This document shows, piece after piece, positions 59,533 to 64,000 of a stretch of 64,000 nucleotides of DNA; position 1 is the stretch's first letter, and the number at the start of each line of letters is the position of its first letter. Below the pieces are notes generated by a model. It worked only from the letters and a program-made list of their open reading frames with translations. It had not been told where the DNA came from and searched no databases. The stretch comes from an uncultured Eubacteriales bacterium (GTDB taxonomy: Bacteria; Acidobacteriota; Aminicenantia; Aminicenantales; Aminicenantaceae), in contig CAZDJZ010000002.1 in assembly GCA_964505785.1 (NCBI GenBank), positions 269,527-333,526 of the forward strand, read 5' to 3'. The translations under genes and the position numbers were made by a program.

Positions 59533-61266
59533 TCATGCATAATTCAGAGGTAAAGTGATGACAAAGCGGGTTCCGATTCCAGGAGAGCTCTCCACGGCTA
59601 TGTGCCCGCCGTGCAGCTGGATAATATGCTTGACGATCGAAAGACCAAGTCCGGTTCCGCCTAAACTTCGGGAACGTGATTTATCCACCACATAAAACCG
59701 TTCAAAAATCCGGTTTAAATCGGGATCGGGTATGCCGATTCCGGTATCTTGAACAGACAAGAAAAACTCATGCCCCGAATAACCGAGGTCAATTGTGATT
59801 CGGCCGCTTTCCGTATATTTAACGGCATTATCGAGGAGATTAATCAAAACCTGTTCCAGCATAAAAGGATCCGCATATATGCGCGGCAGTCCGGATTCAG
59901 TATTGATGATGATATCCAAGTTTTTTTCCTTTATGCGCGGCTGAAAAATATCACATACATCCCGGATAAACATTTCCGCATCAAACAGTTCTTTTCTGAA
60001 GGGTTTTTCCTTGTCTTCAACTTCCGAGAGTACCAGTAAATCTTTCACAATATAAATCAAACGGTCGGTATTCCGTTTCAGTGTTTTCACATAATCCAAA
60101 GGCCGTCCTTTTACTTCTTCTTCCAGGGTTTCCAAAAAACCTTTGATCGCGGTCAAGGGTGTTCTCAATTCATGGGATACATTGATCACGAAGTCCCGCT
60201 TGATTTTCTCAATATTTTTAACCTGCGTGATATCATGAAATGTGATCACCATTTCATTCCGTGTTTCCAAATAATTTATTCTGCAAAAATACATCCGGTT
60301 ATTAAGTTCAAATTCCTGCGTATAGCGGCCGCCTTTTTCAGATGCCGCTTTGACCATTTCACTGAATTGGGGCTCCCGGATCACCTCCCAATAGTATTTA
60401 CCTGTTTCGACCCGGCTTTTGCTCAATTCCTGAAAACTCTGATTGGATAAAACGACTCTGCCGTCTTTGTCTAGAACCAGCAGGCCTTCTTCCATGGACA
60501 GGAGGATGCTCCGCATTTCATCGTTTTTGTGAGAAATGTCTTGGAATAATTTTTTAATCTGCCCGGCCATAAAATTAAAACTCCGGGCTAATTCCTGAAG
60601 TTCATCCTGATTCTTTATGAGCACTTTGACATTAAAATCACCGGAACCTATGCGGTTGGCCGCCCGGCCGAGTTCTCCAAGGGGCCGGGTGATTGACCGG
60701 GTTACAACCAAGGCAGCTATGATGGACAAGGCTAAAAGAATAAGAACAAACTGGAACAGACTTTTTCTCAGGCCTGACAGAAGGATATTTATGTCACTGA
60801 TATACCGGCTTAACCGCAGGACAGCAGCCACTTCCCCGTCCTGCATGACCGGTAAGCCCACATAAAGCATATCTTTCTGCACGGTTTTGCTGAACCGGAC
60901 GGATTGTCCCGGCTCCCCTCCGAAAGCGCGAATGATTTCCGGGCGAAACTTATGATCATCCATCACTGCGGGGTTCTCATCCGAATCCGCTAAAACCCGG
61001 CCTTGTTCATTGACCAATGTGATCCGGGTGTCTATTTCCCGGCCAAAACGCTCAAAATATTTATCAAGCTGCTCCGCCCCCTGCTGCTCCCATAATTTGA
61101 TGATTTCCGTTTTGACAGCGGTCCCAAGGGTATATAATTCCTGGGCTATGGAATCAATGTAAAATGATCGGGTTCTGTTAAAAGTAAAAAATAAAACAGC
61201 AGCGGAAAAAACCAGAATCAGGACAAGAAAACCAGCAGAAATTTTAAAGAAAATCGTTTTTTTCAT
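59533..61266 (-). CDS. phoR: phosphate regulon sensor histidine kinase PhoR
   Basis: TM + HAMP + PAS + HisKA (SHELRTPL) + HATPase (GTGLGLSIVK). Confidence 0.85.
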   Translation of the reverse strand: MKKTIFFKISAGFLVLILVFSAAVLFFTFNRTRSFYIDSIAQELYTLGTAVKTEIIKLWEQQGAEQLDKYFERFGREIDTRITLVNEQGRVLADSDENPAVMDDHKFRPEIIRAFGGEPGQSVRFSKTVQKDMLYVGLPVMQDGEVAAVLRLSRYISDINILLSGLRKSLFQFVLILLALSIIAALVVTRSITRPLGELGRAANRIGSGDFNVKVLIKNQDELQELARSFNFMAGQIKKLFQDISHKNDEMRSILLSMEEGLLVLDKDGRVVLSNQSFQELSKSRVETGKYYWEVIREPQFSEMVKAASEKGGRYTQEFELNNRMYFCRINYLETRNEMVITFHDITQVKNIEKIKRDFVINVSHELRTPLTAIKGFLETLEEEVKGRPLDYVKTLKRNTDRLIYIVKDLLVLSEVEDKEKPFRKELFDAEMFIRDVCDIFQPRIKEKNLDIIINTESGLPRIYADPFMLEQVLINLLDNAVKYTESGRITIDLGYSGHEFFLSVQDTGIGIPDPDLNRIFERFYVVDKSRSRSLGGTGLGLSIVKHIIQLHGGHIAVESSPGIGTRFVITLPLNYA

Positions 61267-61943
61267 TCTTCTAATTTATATCCGACTCCCCGTACGTTTT
61301 TTATCATCGAGGCCGCATCACCCAGTTTTTCCCGCAAGTGCTTGATGTGAACATCGATGGTCCTGTCCACGACAGCTTTTTCCTGTCCCCATAAATAATC
61401 AAGAATTTTTTCTCTTGAGAAAACCCAGCCCTTTTTGGATAGAAGCAATTGCAGGATACGAAACTCAGTGGAGGTAAGATCAACTTTACGGGATTGAACT
61501 CGAACCTCATGTTTGTCCGTATCAACGGATAGTATTCCAGCGGCGGACAAGACTTCCGTGGGCATTTTTTCTTGTTTCCGCCTGAGGACAGCGCGGATTC
61601 GCGCAACCAGTTCCTTAGGAGAAAAGGGCTTGGTGACATAATCATCCGCCCCCAATTCAAGTCCCAATATCTTATCCACTTCCTCACTTTTGGCAGTCAG
61701 CATAATCACCGGAATGGAATCCAGGGTGTCTTGTCTTTTTAAATATTTACATATTTCCAAGCCGTCCATATCAGGAAGCATCAAATCCAAAACGATTAAA
61801 TCAGGATGGGAATTTTTTAAAAAATCCATGAATGATTCCCCATTTAAAAAGACTTCTGAATGGTAGCCGTTTTTCTCCAGATGAATAGAAATCAATTCCA
61901 AAATATCGGGTTCATCATCCACAATCGCGATTAATTTAGACAT
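61263..61943 (-). CDS. phoB: phosphate regulon response regulator PhoB (OmpR family)
   Basis: REC domain (DDEPD, D at LDLMLPDMDG, K at LTAKS) + winged-helix trans_reg_C; start MSKLIAIVDDE. Confidence 0.9.
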   Translation of the reverse strand: MSKLIAIVDDEPDILELISIHLEKNGYHSEVFLNGESFMDFLKNSHPDLIVLDLMLPDMDGLEICKYLKRQDTLDSIPVIMLTAKSEEVDKILGLELGADDYVTKPFSPKELVARIRAVLRRKQEKMPTEVLSAAGILSVDTDKHEVRVQSRKVDLTSTEFRILQLLLSKKGWVFSREKILDYLWGQEKAVVDRTIDVHIKHLREKLGDAASMIKNVRGVGYKLEE

Positions 61944-62078
61944 TATTCCGTCCTTTCCCCATTCTGAACTAAATCCAGCCTCCTGCATTATATATGCATC
62001 CAAAAAATTATTCAATTCAGGGTTTTATTGAATCATAAAAAAGAAGATGAAGCTTAAAAAGTGAGAAAAAAAGAGTTT

Positions 62079-62104
62079 GCGGCCGGGGCTTAAGCCCCGG
62101 CCGC
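62079..62104 (-). terminator. intrinsic terminator of MFS transporter gene
   Basis: Perfect 10-bp GC stem gcggccgggg-ctta-ccccggccgc; on minus strand followed by aaactcTTTTTTTctc. Confidence 0.55.
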
Positions 62105-62135
62105 TGTGTATAGTATGGATGAATAATTGGGGATA

Positions 62136-63638
62136 TTAACTTTCTTCAGCGACTGTTTCTGCTTTTTTTTCTTCTCCGGAAGGTAACTCCAATCCATAGC
62201 CCTGATGTTTATCAGCCCGTTTTAATTGGAAGGCCAGAAAAATGGAGATCACTCCCAAACCAACCAGCATGAGAATGGGAATGGTGTAGTCATATGTAGG
62301 GATTTCCCCTGTCGCGCGCATAACCTCTATTCTTTCCCCCACTTCCGCCCTGGATAATCCCTGGGCAAGAAGCTTTTCGCGCATGGCTTGGATCGTCTGC
62401 ACCACTTTGGGATTGGACCAGTCGAGAACCTGCCCAATGCCCCAGTAAAAAGCGGACAGCCCATAGTTTTGAACGGTAAACATCGTGGCATATGCAGTGC
62501 CCAGCCGGTTTTCGGCTACAATTTTCGCCACTGAAGGCCACATGGCGGCTGGAACCAAAGAAAATGCGATGCCTAACGCGAACAGGCCGGTGTAGCCCAA
62601 AATTGCGCTGTTTAAAAGCGACAAGGTGACATGGGCGTATATGAGCAGCAGAGAACCCAGTATCATGAGAGAAGCCGCCTTTCCCTTTTTATCAACAATC
62701 TTTCCGAAAATCGGAGTGAAAATGATTGTGCCCAAGGGAATAAGCCCGCTGATTTTCGGTCCATTCTGCAGATAGGCCATGATTTTTTGCCACAAAGACA
62801 TTCCACTCATGTCCGGCATGGAAAAAGTCAATCCGAATTTATTTACCAGTAAATCCGGAGCATATTGGAGGAAAGGAAAAACCGCCGAATAAAACGCCAC
62901 ACATAAGAGGGCGATATAAATAAACGACCGGTTGGTCACCAGCTCGACTAAGTCTTTAAACTTGAATTTATCTTCCGGAGACGCCTTCGCCGTTACCTTC
63001 ATCTGCTTATCCAGCCTGACATCAAACATGAGATAAGCCAGAAAAAGAAGAGTCCCGACACCAATGACCGACGCGGCGGCGAACAAAGCATTACTGACTC
63101 TTCCAGCCGCTATATCCAGACCGAATGAAATGGCAAAGAAACTTCCCAGCCGGCCCACAACCACATTGAGACCCATGGCGAAAGCCAGTTCTTTCCCCTT
63201 AAACCACTTAACTATGATCCTCTGTATTAAAACACAGGTTGTTTCCAATCCTATGCCGAATAAAATCCGGCCGGCCATCATTGAAATCAGCATAGCTTTT
63301 TCACTGGTTCCAAAAACTCCCAAGCTTCCAAGGGAAACAACAAAAGCACCGGCTGTGGCAAGAACGGCCAGAATCACTCCAACCTTCCTGATGCCCCAGC
63401 GGTCCAAAGCTATACCGCCGACAATGATCATTAAGGCCAGATTCGCCCATGTGGTTGAACTGATCAATAAACCGAATTGAGAACTCGAAAACCCCAACTG
63501 GCTTTCGAACAGTCCTTTTAAGGGACCGAGGCCATCTTGAAACCAGTATGTCCCGAACATCAGAATACTGATCATTCCGAGAACAGTGAACCGTATCGAG
63601 GCTGACTCCTTAAGTAACTGCTTAGCCTTTTCCATCAA
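62136..63638 (-). CDS. MFS transporter (12 TM)
   Basis: 500 aa, MFS topology and motif GRILFGIGLE-like loop; adjacent to phoBR. Confidence 0.8.
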   Translation of the reverse strand: MMEKAKQLLKESASIRFTVLGMISILMFGTYWFQDGLGPLKGLFESQLGFSSSQFGLLISSTTWANLALMIIVGGIALDRWGIRKVGVILAVLATAGAFVVSLGSLGVFGTSEKAMLISMMAGRILFGIGLETTCVLIQRIIVKWFKGKELAFAMGLNVVVGRLGSFFAISFGLDIAAGRVSNALFAAASVIGVGTLLFLAYLMFDVRLDKQMKVTAKASPEDKFKFKDLVELVTNRSFIYIALLCVAFYSAVFPFLQYAPDLLVNKFGLTFSMPDMSGMSLWQKIMAYLQNGPKISGLIPLGTIIFTPIFGKIVDKKGKAASLMILGSLLLIYAHVTLSLLNSAILGYTGLFALGIAFSLVPAAMWPSVAKIVAENRLGTAYATMFTVQNYGLSAFYWGIGQVLDWSNPKVVQTIQAMREKLLAQGLSRAEVGERIEVMRATGEIPTYDYTIPILMLVGLGVISIFLAFQLKRADKHQGYGLELPSGEEKKAETVAEES

Positions 63639-63774
63639 ATTTCTCCATTTTTTATAGTTGTACTATATACTATCTTTTCGTGATGTATTGTATTAAAAAA
63701 TCGTCGATTGTCAAAATGTTTTTTTCTTTGTAACCTTCTTCAATATTAATTAAAATAAATAAAAAGGAGGATTT

Positions 63775-64000
63775 ATGTTTATAAAAATTCTTATTTATTC
63801 TTTAGGGCTCATTATGATTTTTATGGGAACGGCTTCCGCGCAAGAATTTCAATCCGATATCGTATCCACTTCACAAGGTGAACTGGAAATGACCTTCATT
63901 GGGCATGGAACCCTGATGTTCACATATAACAACATGATTATTCACATCGATCCGGTCAGCCGTTATGCAGATTACACTCAATTGCCTGCGGCTGACATAG
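63775..64000 (+). CDS. secreted MBL-fold metallo-hydrolase, 3' truncated by window edge
   Basis: AAAGGAGG RBS 6 nt upstream of ATG 63775; signal peptide; EMTFIGHGTLMFTYNNMIIHIDP typical N-terminus of UlaG/MBL-fold family. Confidence 0.5.
   Translation, partial: MFIKILIYSLGLIMIFMGTASAQEFQSDIVSTSQGELEMTFIGHGTLMFTYNNMIIHIDPVSRYADYTQLPAADI

Noticed and set aside
1-64000. CRISPR arrays, rRNA genes, integrase, transposase or prophage genes
   Set aside because: No direct-repeat / spacer periodicity, no rRNA-like conserved stretches, no integrase or transposase ORFs; the only mobile-like DNA is the non-coding MITE family.

Overview
This 64 kb window is a chromosomal segment from a bacterium, mostly housekeeping genes with a few accessory islands.

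Main content, in order:
- A partial ParB-like gene, then an accessory block: a hotdog thioesterase, a SAM methyltransferase carrying an extra beta-rich C-terminal domain, and a standalone Cas4/RecB-like Fe-S nuclease.
- A five-enzyme lipid-type cluster whose composition matches bacterial sphingolipid/ceramide synthesis: an SPT-like alpha-oxoamine synthase, two NAD-epimerase-family reductases, an SDR and a two-lobed GNAT-like acyltransferase.
- Envelope genes: a secreted PI3/PI4-kinase-like protein, a SPOR-NlpC/P60 hydrolase, a TPR lipoprotein and an M24 peptidase.
- The conserved proteostasis cluster rho-lon-clpX-clpP-tig with tRNA-Leu(UAG) at its head.
- alaS, pilT, ilvE, a Ser/Thr kinase and rsmE, then the dnaJ-dnaK-grpE-hrcA operon. 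Its DnaK lacks the helical lid, and no CIRCE element was found; a different dyad sits in the hrcA promoter.
- A split metazoan-like lysine ketoglutarate reductase / saccharopine dehydrogenase pair, then cysS, yraN, a frameshifted M14 peptidase, dapF and folK.
- A cysteine desulfurase next to a DsrC / membrane subunit / DsrK-like (HdrD-type) module.
- A complete Pho regulon: phoU-pstBACS plus a porin, phoR-phoB, and an MFS transporter.

The most striking feature not explained by the genes is a previously unreported-looking MITE-like repeat family. It has at least seven copies of 65-270 bp with terminal inverted repeats CCTGRATTATTCA, plus further TIR-like fragments. Copies sit in intergenic regions, several directly abutting TAA stop codons.

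No rRNA, CRISPR array, integrase or prophage genes were seen.
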